A DNA stretch of 64,000 nucleotides from Parcubacteria group bacterium Gr01-1014_20 (GCA_007376265.1 VMFW01000005.1:198-64197), one strand, 5' to 3'; positions 48,112 to 58,583 are shown, counted from the first letter of the stretch. The notes: generated by a model not told the origin, from the letters alone. Translations and numbers: made by a program.

Positions 48112-49048
48112 AGGCAATAGTTTGCTCGAACCAGTCAATTGTATTCTTGAGTCCAGTTTCAAACGAGGTGCAGGATTTAAACCCGAATTCTCTTTCGGCC
48201 CGGGTGGCGTCGAGCATCCTTCGGGGCTGGCCATCGGGCTTAGACTTGTCCCACCTTACTTCCCCTTGGTAATTCATTATTCTACAAATTAACGCGACAA
48301 GATCTCGAATTGACGTTTCGGTGCCCGACCCCAAGTTAACTGGATCGGGTTTATCGTATTTTTCGCTTGCCAAAATAATCCCCTCGGCTGATTCCTCGAC
48401 GTACAAAAATTCTCGCGTAGGAGTCCCCGTCCCCCAAACTTCAATATAGTCCTTGCCTTGTTTTTTAGCAACGGCCACTTTCCTGATAAGGGCGGGGATG
48501 ACGTGAGAGCTCCTCTCTTCGAAATTGTCGCCTGGGCCATACATATTGACTGGGAAAAGCGTTATGGCATTGAAGTCATACTGTTGCCTATAGGCCTGGG
48601 CTTGAACAAGGAGCATTTTCTTAGCTAGTCCATATGGGGCGTTAGTTTCCTCCGGGTACCCATTCCATAGGTTTTCCTCCTTGAAAGGAACGGGGGTAAA
48701 TTTCGGGTAGGCACAGATAGTGGCAACTCCAACGAATTTCTTAACTCCAGCTTGTCTTGCGGCTTCCATTATTTGTGTCCCCATGATTAAGTTGTCGTAG
48801 AAAAGCTCGCCTGGCTTTTCCCGGTTGAGACCGATGCCTCCAGCCCTGGCAGCGAGATGGATCACAACGTCAATCCCGTTAGTAGCTGCTTTGCAATTTT
48901 CCATCATCCGTAAGTCGCAATCGGAAAAGCGAGGTGCTGTTATGTTTTCAAGCGGAACTTTTCTTTTTTCAACAAGGTTTTTTATTAACCTGGCACCAAG
49001 AAAGCCATGGCCGCCGGTGACTAATATTCTTGCTTTTTTCAGGTCCAT
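48104..49048 (-). CDS. GDP-L-fucose synthase-like 3,5-epimerase/4-reductase (second Fcl/DmhB-family copy)
   Basis: ARILVTGGHGFLGARL...YGLAKK. 314 aa. About 50 percent identical by eye to 37202..38149. Confidence 0.7.
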   Translation of the reverse strand: MDLKKARILVTGGHGFLGARLIKNLVEKRKVPLENITAPRFSDCDLRMMENCKAATNGIDVVIHLAARAGGIGLNREKPGELFYDNLIMGTQIMEAARQAGVKKFVGVATICAYPKFTPVPFKEENLWNGYPEETNAPYGLAKKMLLVQAQAYRQQYDFNAITLFPVNMYGPGDNFEERSSHVIPALIRKVAVAKKQGKDYIEVWGTGTPTREFLYVEESAEGIILASEKYDKPDPVNLGSGTETSIRDLVALICRIMNYQGEVRWDKSKPDGQPRRMLDATRAEREFGFKSCTSFETGLKNTIDWFEQTIAYD

Positions 49049-49122
49049 ATTGGAAATTTATACCACAGGGGGAACCCGGAGCAAAGAAAGAAGCTGGAAA
49101 GTAGGCTCGACTTTTCTCATAT

Positions 49123-49584
49123 TCACCTAAAACCGCTTATCTTTAGAAAGGTTCTTAGGTAGGGGTCAGAGTTCGCTTTGATCTTACGAAACCATTTGAA
49201 ATCAGAGCTCTGGTCATCTAAGGTTATTTTTACTTTTCGCTTAACCTCGACTTCAAAAACTATCGCAACGACATGCGAAGCAAAACCTTTGAAGTAGCTC
49301 GCTTTGGGATTATAGAAGTGATCGTGAACACCGAGGAATTTCCAATTTTTTCCCGAAACTCCGACTTCTTCTTTTAGTTTTCGCTTTGCAGTTTCAACTA
49401 GGCGTTCCCCTTTTAAAACTCGGCCGCCTGGAAAATACCAAGCGTTGGCTTCGGGATTATTTTTCCTCTTGACAAGCAAGAATTCCTGGTTGTTTTTCAC
49501 AACTAAGTCAACAGTGACGATCGGTAAAACTTGGTGAATCTTTCGATAAAGAGCCGGAGGGATTAATTTCGTAACAGGCTTCAT
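49123..49584 (-). CDS. NUDIX hydrolase (GDP-mannose mannosyl hydrolase Gmm/NudD-like)
   Basis: GGRVLKGERLVETAKRKLKEEVGV NUDIX box. Sits in the classical position between gmd and fcl. Confidence 0.65.
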   Translation of the reverse strand: MKPVTKLIPPALYRKIHQVLPIVTVDLVVKNNQEFLLVKRKNNPEANAWYFPGGRVLKGERLVETAKRKLKEEVGVSGKNWKFLGVHDHFYNPKASYFKGFASHVVAIVFEVEVKRKVKITLDDQSSDFKWFRKIKANSDPYLRTFLKISGFR

Positions 49585-49599
49585 GGCTCTTCGATAGAC

Positions 49600-50592
49600 T
49601 TAGGAAGTTCGGGCTTCTTTCATATCGGCGTCAACCATAACCTTAACGAGGTCGGCAAATTTTGTTTTGGCTTCCCACCCGAGTTTATCTTTGGCTTTCC
49701 TAGAATCAGCCGCAAGGTTGTCAACTTCCGTCGGCCGATAGTAACGCGAATCGAAATCGACGTAATCTTTCCAGTTCAATCCCGCGTGAGCAAAAGCGGC
49801 CTCTAGAAACTCCTTGACCGAATGAGACTCACCAGTGCCGATCACGAAATCTTCCGGTTTTTCTTGCTGGAGCATAAGCCACATGGCTTCAACGTACTCG
49901 GGGGCGTAACCCCAATCGCGTTTGGCTTCTAAGTTTCCTAGATATAACTTTTTATCTAATCCGGCTTTAATTCTAGCAATGCCACGAGTTATTTTGCGGG
50001 TGACAAACGTCTCTCCTCGACGGGGACTTTCGTGATTAAAAAGGATCCCATTTACCGCAAACAGGTTGTAGGCTTCGCGGTAGTTGACTACTGTGTTGTA
50101 GGCAAAAACTTTGGCAATGGCGTAGGGGCTCCGAGGGTAGAACGGAGTGGTTTCGCTTTGGGGTGGCGGAGTAGCTCCAAACATTTCGGAACTCGATGCC
50201 TGATAGAACCTTACCTTCTTGCTGACGTGCTCTTGATAATCTTTGATCGCTTCGAGCATTCTTAGCGTCCCTAAAGCCGTGATGTTGGCGGTATACTCGG
50301 GGATATCAAAAGAAACCCTGACGTGGGATTGGGCTCCGAGGTTATACACCTCGTCTGGTTGAATTTTGTAAAGAAGCTTCCGGATCGTGTTAGCGTCGGC
50401 GAGATCGCCGTGGTGCAAAATTAGCCGTTTGGAGACTTCGTGGGGATCTTGATAGATGTGGTTGATTCGACCCGTGTTGAAGGTGGAGGCACGTCGAATG
50501 ACGCCATGGACTTCATACCCCTTTGAAAGAAGTAGCTCAGCTAGATAGGAACCGTCCTGGCCAGTTATTCCCGTAATAAGGGCTTTAAGCAT
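49600..50592 (-). CDS. gmd: GDP-mannose 4,6-dehydratase family (Gmd/DmhA)
   Basis: [34 protein letters not shown]...YAIAKVFA. 330 aa. Confidence 0.85.
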   Translation of the reverse strand: MLKALITGITGQDGSYLAELLLSKGYEVHGVIRRASTFNTGRINHIYQDPHEVSKRLILHHGDLADANTIRKLLYKIQPDEVYNLGAQSHVRVSFDIPEYTANITALGTLRMLEAIKDYQEHVSKKVRFYQASSSEMFGATPPPQSETTPFYPRSPYAIAKVFAYNTVVNYREAYNLFAVNGILFNHESPRRGETFVTRKITRGIARIKAGLDKKLYLGNLEAKRDWGYAPEYVEAMWLMLQQEKPEDFVIGTGESHSVKEFLEAAFAHAGLNWKDYVDFDSRYYRPTEVDNLAADSRKAKDKLGWEAKTKFADLVKVMVDADMKEARTS

Positions 50593-50658
50593 TGTATTCT
50601 TATAATACTTTAGGGGGGAGTCGTCAATCGGGGAGCTGGGGGTGAGTCGGCTGTTTTT

Positions 50659-51294
50659 TCACCTTGCTTTCGTTTTGGTTTTGTCGGCTTGACTCAAAAA
50701 CTCTTGCAGGAGAGTTTTCGTTCTGTCATCAGCCGGCCATTGACTCAAGATTTTCTCTGCGACTTTTACTGTTTCAGGAACATTCCCTTCTAACCGAAAA
50801 ACATCAAAGGCGCCGTAAAGAGACTGGGGTCGGCTGGGCCCAGATTCAAGCGCTTTCAGAAAATATTTTTTGGCCGAGTTGAAGTAGGCGGGGTCTTGGG
50901 TTTTGAGGTAGGCAAGCTCGTTGATTGAACCCAGAACGTAAAGATTCTGGCTGAAGCTCATCCCGCGATTACGGCGAATAATCGGATCGTAGTATTTCTC
51001 GGCAAAGGTTATTAGTTTTTTGATTATTTGAGGGTCGTTATTTTGTTGAGTGATACTCAAGATAGCGCTGCCAAGCTGGCGGACTAGCTCTTCTTGCCCG
51101 ATGGGGGATGGGGCATCTAAAATCGTCGAAAAGTTTTTTTCAAAATCCGCTATTGAGGCTGTCGCGCCAAGTGACCGCATGGTCAATATAAAACCGCTCG
51201 ATTTTTTGAACGGCAAATAGGAGCCAAGATAGGCTATTAGCGCCATAGCAATAACCAAGAAAACCGAAATAACTCTTTTAAGAATGGGGTTCAT
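50659..51294 (-). CDS. hypothetical membrane-anchored protein (alpha-helical, TPR-like)
   Basis: 211 aa. N-terminal TM anchor. Overlaps the downstream ligase-like gene by 17 nt. Confidence 0.4.
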   Translation of the reverse strand: MNPILKRVISVFLVIAMALIAYLGSYLPFKKSSGFILTMRSLGATASIADFEKNFSTILDAPSPIGQEELVRQLGSAILSITQQNNDPQIIKKLITFAEKYYDPIIRRNRGMSFSQNLYVLGSINELAYLKTQDPAYFNSAKKYFLKALESGPSRPQSLYGAFDVFRLEGNVPETVKVAEKILSQWPADDRTKTLLQEFLSQADKTKTKAR

Positions 51295-52885
51295 GTTTCG
51301 AATTAAACTGGTGAGAGGCGAAAGCTAGAAAGAGAAACAGGTTGATGTAGACTGGTAAAACATCGAACAGGGCAAGCGCCTGGACTAAATAAGCAATTGG
51401 AAGAGTTATGAATAAACCCCTTAAAACAACATTGCTATAGGGCTTTCCATCGGAATGGGTGACTTCTCCGGAGTCAAACCGTTTGTGCCAATGTTTAAAA
51501 AGTTGCCAGTAGAAAACAATAAAGACTACCATGTAGCTTAAAAGACCAAGGATCCCGGTCTCGGTAAGATAGTCAAAAAAAACACTGTGAGCTCGGTCAA
51601 ACCACGTTTCTGAAACCTTCCCTGGCTTGTAGTGCCGTGAGTCAAAGTGGCGATCGAAAACTGTGCTGAAGTTTTCTTGGCCCCACCCTAAAATCGGCCG
51701 CTCCTTGAAGCCTTTCCAGGCTGACCCCCAGGTCCAAAGACGGGTTTGAACTGAATCGGCTTTTAAGCCTTGGTCAAAAAGCTCAAGCACTCTGCCGCCG
51801 GGCAGACTACTCACAAGCGGCGTTTGACGATAATAATATAGGCCAGCTATCGCTAAAACAAAGACGCTCAGCGCAGCCAGAGTCCATCTTTTCCAGTTTC
51901 TTGGGAGAAAAAAGACTAAATAGAAAAGGAGAACTAGGGTGCTGACGAACAATCCCAGGATAGCGCCACGGGTTTGGCTTAAAGTCAGGAAAAAGGTAAA
52001 ACACCAAATAAGAAAACCATAAAAGAGGGAGAGTGGTTCTCGTTTGCGAAATCCATAAACTAGGGAACCACAAAAGATTAGGAGGCCTAAAATCAACAGA
52101 GTTACAGGTACCGCTGAAGAAGTGGCGGAGAGTGTGGTTGTTATAAAAAAATAGGAAGAAATCATTGAAAAAGCTAAGAAAACCCCAGTAGCAGAAACGA
52201 GCGCTTTTGCTTTTGGGTTGCGATTGAACCATAGATAGGTGGCGTAGAAAAGGGAGAACATCAGATAAGGAGCGACGTAGGATGGATTACCTAGGGTTCC
52301 TTGAAATCTCGCAATAGTTAACCTTCCCCAAACGCTGGGTGGGACTTCCGCTCCATATGGACCAATGAGGCGACTAATCCAACACGTCTGGTCTAAATCG
52401 AAAGACGAACAACCTAATTGCGCAAAAACACCGTACAAAATAAGGAGAGCGGCAGCGGCGAGAGAAAGTCGGAGCGCCCACTTCCAGTCTTTCCACTCTC
52501 TGAAGAGAACTGTAAGCAAGACAAAAAAAATGTAATAGTGCAACAGTTGAAAACCACCTTCGCCCCTTTCAAAATTCGACCAGAAAGCGCCGAGGGGATC
52601 AAAAGCAAAGAGCGAGGCGAGTAATCCGATGAAGGCAAAAATTGAAACGGCCAAAAAAATAGGTTGCCTGGAAACTTTTTTCAACCTTTCCCAGATTTGG
52701 TTTGATTTATCAAAAAACCCCCAAAAAAGGATGAGGGAGGCAAGGGCGAATTCGACGGCTAACCTGAAAAAGTAATATTTGCCTCCGATAAAAGGAAAGA
52801 AGGTTGAGGGCAACACAATGACAACGCTAAACAGGGCGGCGTACAGAAAAATTTTAGAAATTTTTACCAAGATGTTTGGATTCAT
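51278..52885 (-). CDS. O-antigen ligase/polymerase-like polytopic membrane protein
   Basis: 535 aa with 12+ TM helices and a large periplasmic loop. Ends the glycan locus. Confidence 0.5.
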   Translation of the reverse strand: MNPNILVKISKIFLYAALFSVVIVLPSTFFPFIGGKYYFFRLAVEFALASLILFWGFFDKSNQIWERLKKVSRQPIFLAVSIFAFIGLLASLFAFDPLGAFWSNFERGEGGFQLLHYYIFFVLLTVLFREWKDWKWALRLSLAAAALLILYGVFAQLGCSSFDLDQTCWISRLIGPYGAEVPPSVWGRLTIARFQGTLGNPSYVAPYLMFSLFYATYLWFNRNPKAKALVSATGVFLAFSMISSYFFITTTLSATSSAVPVTLLILGLLIFCGSLVYGFRKREPLSLFYGFLIWCFTFFLTLSQTRGAILGLFVSTLVLLFYLVFFLPRNWKRWTLAALSVFVLAIAGLYYYRQTPLVSSLPGGRVLELFDQGLKADSVQTRLWTWGSAWKGFKERPILGWGQENFSTVFDRHFDSRHYKPGKVSETWFDRAHSVFFDYLTETGILGLLSYMVVFIVFYWQLFKHWHKRFDSGEVTHSDGKPYSNVVLRGLFITLPIAYLVQALALFDVLPVYINLFLFLAFASHQFNSKHEPHS

Positions 52886-52888
52886 AGA

Positions 52889-54409
52889 CTAACGGGCGTA
52901 TTCAACAGCTCGGACTTCTCTAATGACGTTAACTTTAATCTCGCCAGGATATTTTAACTCGGATTGGATGCGGTTGGCAATCTGGCGGGCTAACTCAAGG
53001 GCCTTGAAGTCGTCCACCTTCTCTGGAACAACAAAGACTCGAAGTTCTCTCCCAGCAGAAATGGCGTAAGCGTTTTTTACGCCTTCAAATTCAGTGGCCA
53101 TTTTTTCCAAGTCAGAAAGTCGTTTGATGTAGTTTTCGAGATTGTCACGCCTGGCACCAGGACGAGCGGCGGATAAAATATCCGCGGCTGTGACAACGTA
53201 GGCTTCGGATGAGGCGTAAGGGTAGTCCTCGTGGTGAGATTGCATGGCTTCGATGACGGCTTCGCTCACGTTGTATTTCTTCAGGATTTTTCGGCCCAAC
53301 TCTACGTGAGTTCCTTCAACCTCGTGATCGATGGCTTTACCGATGTCATGAAGCAACGCTCCTTTCTTAGCCACTTCGGTATTTAAGCCCAACTCGGCAG
53401 CAATCATGGAGGCGATGTGAGCCATTTCAATTGAATGCATTAAAACGTTCTGACCGTAACTAGTTCGGAAATGTAGACGGCCAAGAAGTTGAATGATCTC
53501 TTTTGGGAGGTCGTAGATACCAACTTCCATTGAGGCGGCTTCGCCGATTTCCACGATGCGCTTGTTGAGTTCCTGTTTGGCTTCTTCGACTTTCTCTTCA
53601 ATTTTGGCCGGTTGAATTCGCCCATCCTTGATGAGTTTTTCGAGCGCCAAACGGGCTACCTCTCGGCGGAACGGATCAAATGAGGAAATAACGATGCTGT
53701 CGGGGGTTTCGTCGATTACAAACTCGACCCCAGTCGCTCGCTCGAGGGTTCTAATATTTCTCCCCTCTCGCCCAATAATTTTTCCCTTAATTTCTTCGTC
53801 GTTCAGATGAAAAATAGTGGTGGTGAACTCAGCCACTTGAGATCGGGCGAACCTCTGGAGGGCGATGGTAATAACCTCGCTGGCCTTCTTCTCAATCTGT
53901 TCGTGCCTTTCCTTGTCGATTTTCTGGAGGGTGGCGGCCAGGTCCTGGCTACTCGACTCTTTTACTTCTCGAAGCAGTTCCTCGCGAGCTTGTTCCCGGG
54001 ACAAACCGCTTAGCTTCTCAAGCTGACCCTTGGTTTGTTCTTTGATTTTTTGGACTTCCTCCTCTTTACTTTTTAATTCTTCACTTTTAGCCTTTAAGCT
54101 GCTTTCTTCTTCTCCCATAGAAAGCAGTTTTTTGTCTAGAATTTCCTCCCGCCTTAGGAGGCGGGTCTCGAGGCCGCTCAGTTGGGTCTTTTGATCTCGT
54201 TCCTCTTTTCTGATTTCGGCCAAAAGACTGGCGGCTTTATTCTCCGCTTCAAGGACTAACTTTTTTGACTTTTCTTCGGCGGTTACGAGCTTATCTTTTA
54301 TCTTCTGCTCGATTGAGTTCGATTGTCGCGAAGCCCAGAAGTGTCGAACGAGATAACCACCCACCAAACCTAAGACCACCGCAATGATTGAGGTTGTTGA
54401 TATTTCCAT
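52889..54409 (-). CDS. rny: ribonuclease Y
   Basis: 506 aa. N-terminal TM anchor, coiled coil, KH domain and HD domain (LLHDIGKAIDHE). Confidence 0.85.
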   Translation of the reverse strand: MEISTTSIIAVVLGLVGGYLVRHFWASRQSNSIEQKIKDKLVTAEEKSKKLVLEAENKAASLLAEIRKEERDQKTQLSGLETRLLRREEILDKKLLSMGEEESSLKAKSEELKSKEEEVQKIKEQTKGQLEKLSGLSREQAREELLREVKESSSQDLAATLQKIDKERHEQIEKKASEVITIALQRFARSQVAEFTTTIFHLNDEEIKGKIIGREGRNIRTLERATGVEFVIDETPDSIVISSFDPFRREVARLALEKLIKDGRIQPAKIEEKVEEAKQELNKRIVEIGEAASMEVGIYDLPKEIIQLLGRLHFRTSYGQNVLMHSIEMAHIASMIAAELGLNTEVAKKGALLHDIGKAIDHEVEGTHVELGRKILKKYNVSEAVIEAMQSHHEDYPYASSEAYVVTAADILSAARPGARRDNLENYIKRLSDLEKMATEFEGVKNAYAISAGRELRVFVVPEKVDDFKALELARQIANRIQSELKYPGEIKVNVIREVRAVEYAR

Positions 54410-54803
54410 AGTGATTTTTTCCTAAATTCTTCATAAGATCTTGAATTCTTTAGGTTCAAAAATTATTGACTTTTTGCTGAGCCACTTTAAGTTTGGACGG
54501 AGCGATTTCAGTAGAGAGTTGTTTCGAAAAAATTCCTAACTAAAAAGAATTTTTGGTAATTGCAGAATGGTGAGAATTTGGCTCCACGAGCCTAACTTAA
54601 CAGTCGCTTAGTTTGATGTTTATAGACCTTAATTCTAAGACATACGGCCAGGGTTAGTCAAGATTGAAAGAATCCTTTAAAATGGACGGGGGTGGGGGAA
54701 GGAAGATTGTCTTCCCCAGAGTGGTTTTAGCTAAGACATCAAAAAACGGTGATTCCATAGACGAACGTCGAAGCGACACTGTTTGAATTTAATTCGATCT
54801 AAT

Positions 54804-56336
54804 ATGCGCCAAACTCTTCTACTTATTATTCTCGATGGTTGGGGCTTGGGTCAAAAAAACGAATCAAACCCGGTTCACGTGGTCAATCCGCAAAGTTTTC
54901 GCTGGCTCGAAGAGAATTTTCCGGTAACGAGCCTGCAGGCTTCTGGAATCGGGGTGGGTCTCCCTTGGGGAGAAGTGGGAAATAGCGAAGTTGGTCACCT
55001 AACAATCGGCGCCGGCAAGGTTGTTTATCAATACTTTCCTAGAATTACCCTCTCTATCAAGGATGGATCTTTTTTTGAAAATCAGGCGCTTAAAAAAGCT
55101 TTCCTTCACGCCAAGGAGAATAACTCTTCAGTTAATTTAGTTGGTCTTTTAACTGAAGGAACTGTGCACGCTTCGCTCGATCATCTACTCGCTCTCCTAG
55201 AAATGGGGGCACTTGAGGGGGTCGCGAATGTAAAGCTTCATCTTTTCGGAGACGGTAAAGACGGGACGCCACTTCGTCTCGAGAAAATTTTAGAGAAAAT
55301 TCCTAAGGATAAGCTCGCGACCTTGATGGGCCGATACTACGGAATGGATAGGGAAAAGAACTGGCAGCTGACTGAAAAAGCCTATGCGGCTCTCGTTGGG
55401 GAGGCGGGAGAGAGAACAGATGACCCGGTACCAACAATAAAGGCCACTTACGATGGTGGCTATAACGAGGAATTCCTGCCGCCACTTCGACTACGAGATG
55501 ATAGCGGAATTAAAGAAAACGACTCGATAATATTTTTTAATTTTAGAGAAGATAGCATTCGTCAAATTGCCGAATCATTTATTATTAAAGATTTCAAAGA
55601 CTTTCCGACAAAAAATTTTAAGAACGTGTACGTGGCAACAATGACAAAATACGAGGATCGATTCGGAGCGCCGGTTGCTTTCCCGCCCATAAATATTAGC
55701 TGGCCGCTCGGAAAAGTTTTAAGTGCTGCTGGCAAAAACCAGCTACGACTAGCCGAAAGCTACAAATACGCTCACGTCACATATTTTTTTAACGGTTACG
55801 TTGAGGAGCCTTTCGCGGAAGAGTACCGGGTTTTTATCCCTTCGATCAAGGCGCCAAAGGCGGACGAGTTCCCCGAGATGATGGCAAGGGCGATAACGGA
55901 CAGAATTATTCAGGCGATTGAGAATCAAGCCTTTGATTTTATTTTGGCAAACTACGCTAACCCCGATACCATTGCTCACACTGGTAATTACCAAGCGGCG
56001 GTTGAGGCAGTAAAAGTGATTGATGTAGAAATTGGGCGGATTCTTAAAATGGGCCTTAATAACCAAACAACTATCATTATCACCTCTGACCACGGGAATA
56101 TTGAGGAGCTCACGAACCCAATTACCGGGATCCCAGAGAGTCAACACGATGCAAGTCCGGTGCCTTTTTATCTGATTGGTCCAAAGTTTGCGAAAAGGAA
56201 GTTCCAAAATTGGCAAAACCTGGAAGGTGAGTCAGTTGGGTCTTTGGCGGACGTAGCCCCAACTGTGCTTGAACTCATGGGCATCCCTCAACCAGAAGAC
56301 ATGACGGGGACAAGCCTGATTAGGCAATTGTTGTAG
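54804..56336 (+). CDS. gpmI: 2,3-bisphosphoglycerate-independent phosphoglycerate mutase
   Basis: LLIILDGWG...SEVGHLTIGAG iPGM motifs. The track ORF starts at a TTG at 54783, but the ATG at 54804 is the more likely start. Confidence 0.85.
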   Translation: MRQTLLLIILDGWGLGQKNESNPVHVVNPQSFRWLEENFPVTSLQASGIGVGLPWGEVGNSEVGHLTIGAGKVVYQYFPRITLSIKDGSFFENQALKKAFLHAKENNSSVNLVGLLTEGTVHASLDHLLALLEMGALEGVANVKLHLFGDGKDGTPLRLEKILEKIPKDKLATLMGRYYGMDREKNWQLTEKAYAALVGEAGERTDDPVPTIKATYDGGYNEEFLPPLRLRDDSGIKENDSIIFFNFREDSIRQIAESFIIKDFKDFPTKNFKNVYVATMTKYEDRFGAPVAFPPINISWPLGKVLSAAGKNQLRLAESYKYAHVTYFFNGYVEEPFAEEYRVFIPSIKAPKADEFPEMMARAITDRIIQAIENQAFDFILANYANPDTIAHTGNYQAAVEAVKVIDVEIGRILKMGLNNQTTIIITSDHGNIEELTNPITGIPESQHDASPVPFYLIGPKFAKRKFQNWQNLEGESVGSLADVAPTVLELMGIPQPEDMTGTSLIRQLL

Positions 56337-56345
56337 AATAATAGG

Positions 56346-56702
56346 ATGGGGTGGGTCTTAAAAACAGGGGCGGTGGTTTTGGTGAATATCTTGATCTTTA
56401 TGCTCTCGACAAGAGTGGTGCCTGGTTTTGTGATGGCGGCAGGCTTTGGGGAGATGCTCGTTATCGCGCTTATATTTACGGGCCTAAATTATGTTTTGAA
56501 ACCAGTGCTCAAGCTTCTGCTTGGGCCAATCATTGTTCTCACTCTTGGGCTGGGGTTAATCTTAGTTAATATGATGGTTCTTTTTATTCTTGACAAGCTT
56601 TCAAATAACCTTACTATAGAGAATACTTTAGCCTTAGTTTATTCTTCGGTTCTCATTGGTTTCCTAAACTTTTTGCTCCATTTGGTTTTTAGAAAGAGAT
56701 GA
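56346..56702 (+). CDS. DUF360/phage-holin-4-like small membrane protein (YvlD family)
   Basis: 118 aa with four hydrophobic helices. Confidence 0.45.
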   Translation: MGWVLKTGAVVLVNILIFMLSTRVVPGFVMAAGFGEMLVIALIFTGLNYVLKPVLKLLLGPIIVLTLGLGLILVNMMVLFILDKLSNNLTIENTLALVYSSVLIGFLNFLLHLVFRKR

Positions 56703-56908
56703 TCACTTTTTTTCAAATAATCATATCAGCGGCGGTCATAACGCTTATCCTATTACAGGAGAGATCGGCTGGTTTGTCGGGCATTTTTGGCGGTGACGGA
56801 GGGGGTCTCTATCAGACTCGGCGGGGTTGGGAGAAGATGATCTTTCGGGGAACGGTGGTTCTCGTGATCGTCTTTGTGGGCTTGACAATTTTCCAGCTCG
56901 TTTACTAG
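56699..56908 (+). CDS. secG: preprotein translocase subunit SecG
   Basis: 69 aa. MITFFQIIISAAVITLILLQ...GLSGIFGG pattern. Confidence 0.75.
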   Translation: MITFFQIIISAAVITLILLQERSAGLSGIFGGDGGGLYQTRRGWEKMIFRGTVVLVIVFVGLTIFQLVY

Positions 56909-56921
56909 CGACTTTCAGGCA

Positions 56922-58583
56922 GTGAATAGATTAAGAAAAATATTTTTTGCTTTCACGCGAAAAGAAAAAACGACTTTTCTGGTCGCTTTTTTTATTTTCT
57001 CTATAAGTTCGATTGTGATCGGGGTAACGGTTTTTAAGGCATCGACAAAACCAGTGCCAGCAAGTGGCGGAGAGTATACCGAGGGAATTTTAGGACAACC
57101 GGTTTTCATTAATCCTGTAATAGCAACGAGTGAGGTGGATAAGAGTTTGGTTCGTCTTTTGTTTAGCAACCTCGAAGTGATGACTACAAAAATAGAGGGC
57201 GCCGAAGACGGAAAAACCTGGAGGATCCGCCTTAAAGAAGACATGCTTTGGTCGGATGGAGAGAAAATTACGAGTGACGATGTTATTTTTACCATAGAGA
57301 AGGTACAGGACCCAGGAGCCGGTTCGCCGATCGCCTCAGGGTGGAGGGGCGTAAGAGCTGAGCGTTTGAGCGAACTAGAGTTTCAGGTTTTCATGACTGA
57401 ACCATATGCGTTTTTCAAGACAAACTTAGAGAGTCTTTATGTTTTACCGAGACACATCTTCAAGGACGTGCCTTCACCGAATTGGAAGATTTCCGACTAC
57501 AATCTGAAACCAATCGGGAGCGGTCCTTTTAGGTTTGTTGGTTTTAACAAGCGAGAGGATGGCTTTATTCAAAGCTATCACCTCACAGTCAATGAAAAGT
57601 ACGTGGCGGAGAAAGCTCTAATTCAGGATTTCTTCATTAGGTTTTTTACCGATCCAGAGGAAATGGTCGGAGAATTTAATAAGGGCCAAATTGACGGGGT
57701 GGCCAGTCTGCCCTTTGGAATGCTTCAGCAGATAAAAAGGAGTCACGAGCTTGTGACCTATCGTTTGGCAAGTTACTATGCGGTTTTCATTAACCAGAGT
57801 CGAAATTTGGCTTTACGGGAAGCAGATGTAAGGAGGGCGCTCGATTTGGCTACCCCAAAACAAAGAATGGTGAGTGAAATTTTTGGGGATCGCGCCAAAA
57901 CAGAAGGTGGCCCAATTCCTCCGGGAATAAACTTCTACAGTTCGGTAGTTCAGGGAGAAGAAAATCCGGATTTAGCTATAAAGATTCTTGAGGGGGCGGG
58001 TTGGAAAATCAACTTGGATGAAGCTTCTGTGCCGGGCGCTCGAGTTAGAGAGAAGGTTATTAGCAAGGCGCGAGTCAAGCTCGAAGTGAACATGATTGTT
58101 CCTCAAATTCCATTTTTAATGCAGACCGCCCAGATTATTCAGGAGGGCTGGGAAGGGGTAGGAGTAAAAGTAAACCCGATTATCGTTTCGCCGGAAGAGG
58201 TAGTGGGGAATGTGATTAAAAACCGAGACTATGAGATGATTGTGTTTGGAAATGTTTTGAACTCTAACTCTGACCTTTTCCCATTTTGGCACTCTTCCCA
58301 AAGATTCTCACCAGGCTTGAATTTGGCACTCTATAATAGTAAGAAGGCAGATGGGCTAATGGAGGCGATAAGGTCTAACGAGGGGGGACGGGAGGAAAAT
58401 TTTCAGAAACTCCAGGAGATAATTTCGACTGAATATCCGGCGGTGTTTCTCTACTCTCCAGACTACCTTTATATATCAAATCGGAATTTAAAGGGCGCTG
58501 AAACAAGTTTTATTGCTGACCCAGCCGACCGGCTAAAGAACGTGAGTGGGTGGCACCTCAAAACAGCTCGGGTGCTCAAGTAA
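56922..58583 (+). CDS. ABC transporter substrate-binding protein, family 5 (oligopeptide/nickel type)
   Basis: 553 aa with an N-terminal TM/signal anchor. SBP_bac_5-like length and pattern. Confidence 0.65.
   Translation: MNRLRKIFFAFTRKEKTTFLVAFFIFSISSIVIGVTVFKASTKPVPASGGEYTEGILGQPVFINPVIATSEVDKSLVRLLFSNLEVMTTKIEGAEDGKTWRIRLKEDMLWSDGEKITSDDVIFTIEKVQDPGAGSPIASGWRGVRAERLSELEFQVFMTEPYAFFKTNLESLYVLPRHIFKDVPSPNWKISDYNLKPIGSGPFRFVGFNKREDGFIQSYHLTVNEKYVAEKALIQDFFIRFFTDPEEMVGEFNKGQIDGVASLPFGMLQQIKRSHELVTYRLASYYAVFINQSRNLALREADVRRALDLATPKQRMVSEIFGDRAKTEGGPIPPGINFYSSVVQGEENPDLAIKILEGAGWKINLDEASVPGARVREKVISKARVKLEVNMIVPQIPFLMQTAQIIQEGWEGVGVKVNPIIVSPEEVVGNVIKNRDYEMIVFGNVLNSNSDLFPFWHSSQRFSPGLNLALYNSKKADGLMEAIRSNEGGREENFQKLQEIISTEYPAVFLYSPDYLYISNRNLKGAETSFIADPADRLKNVSGWHLKTARVLK

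Noticed and set aside
48112-48234. N-terminal 41-aa extension of the E1 alpha-like ORF
   Set aside because: It is Pro/Gly/Ser low-complexity and overlaps the fcl-like gene by 130 nt. The internal MTKEEL start removes the overlap.
54690-54725. GGAAGGAAG string reminiscent of the SRP RNA domain IV
   Set aside because: Too short, and it lacks the conserved GGUGCUGUUUACC / AGCAG context of 4.5S RNA.
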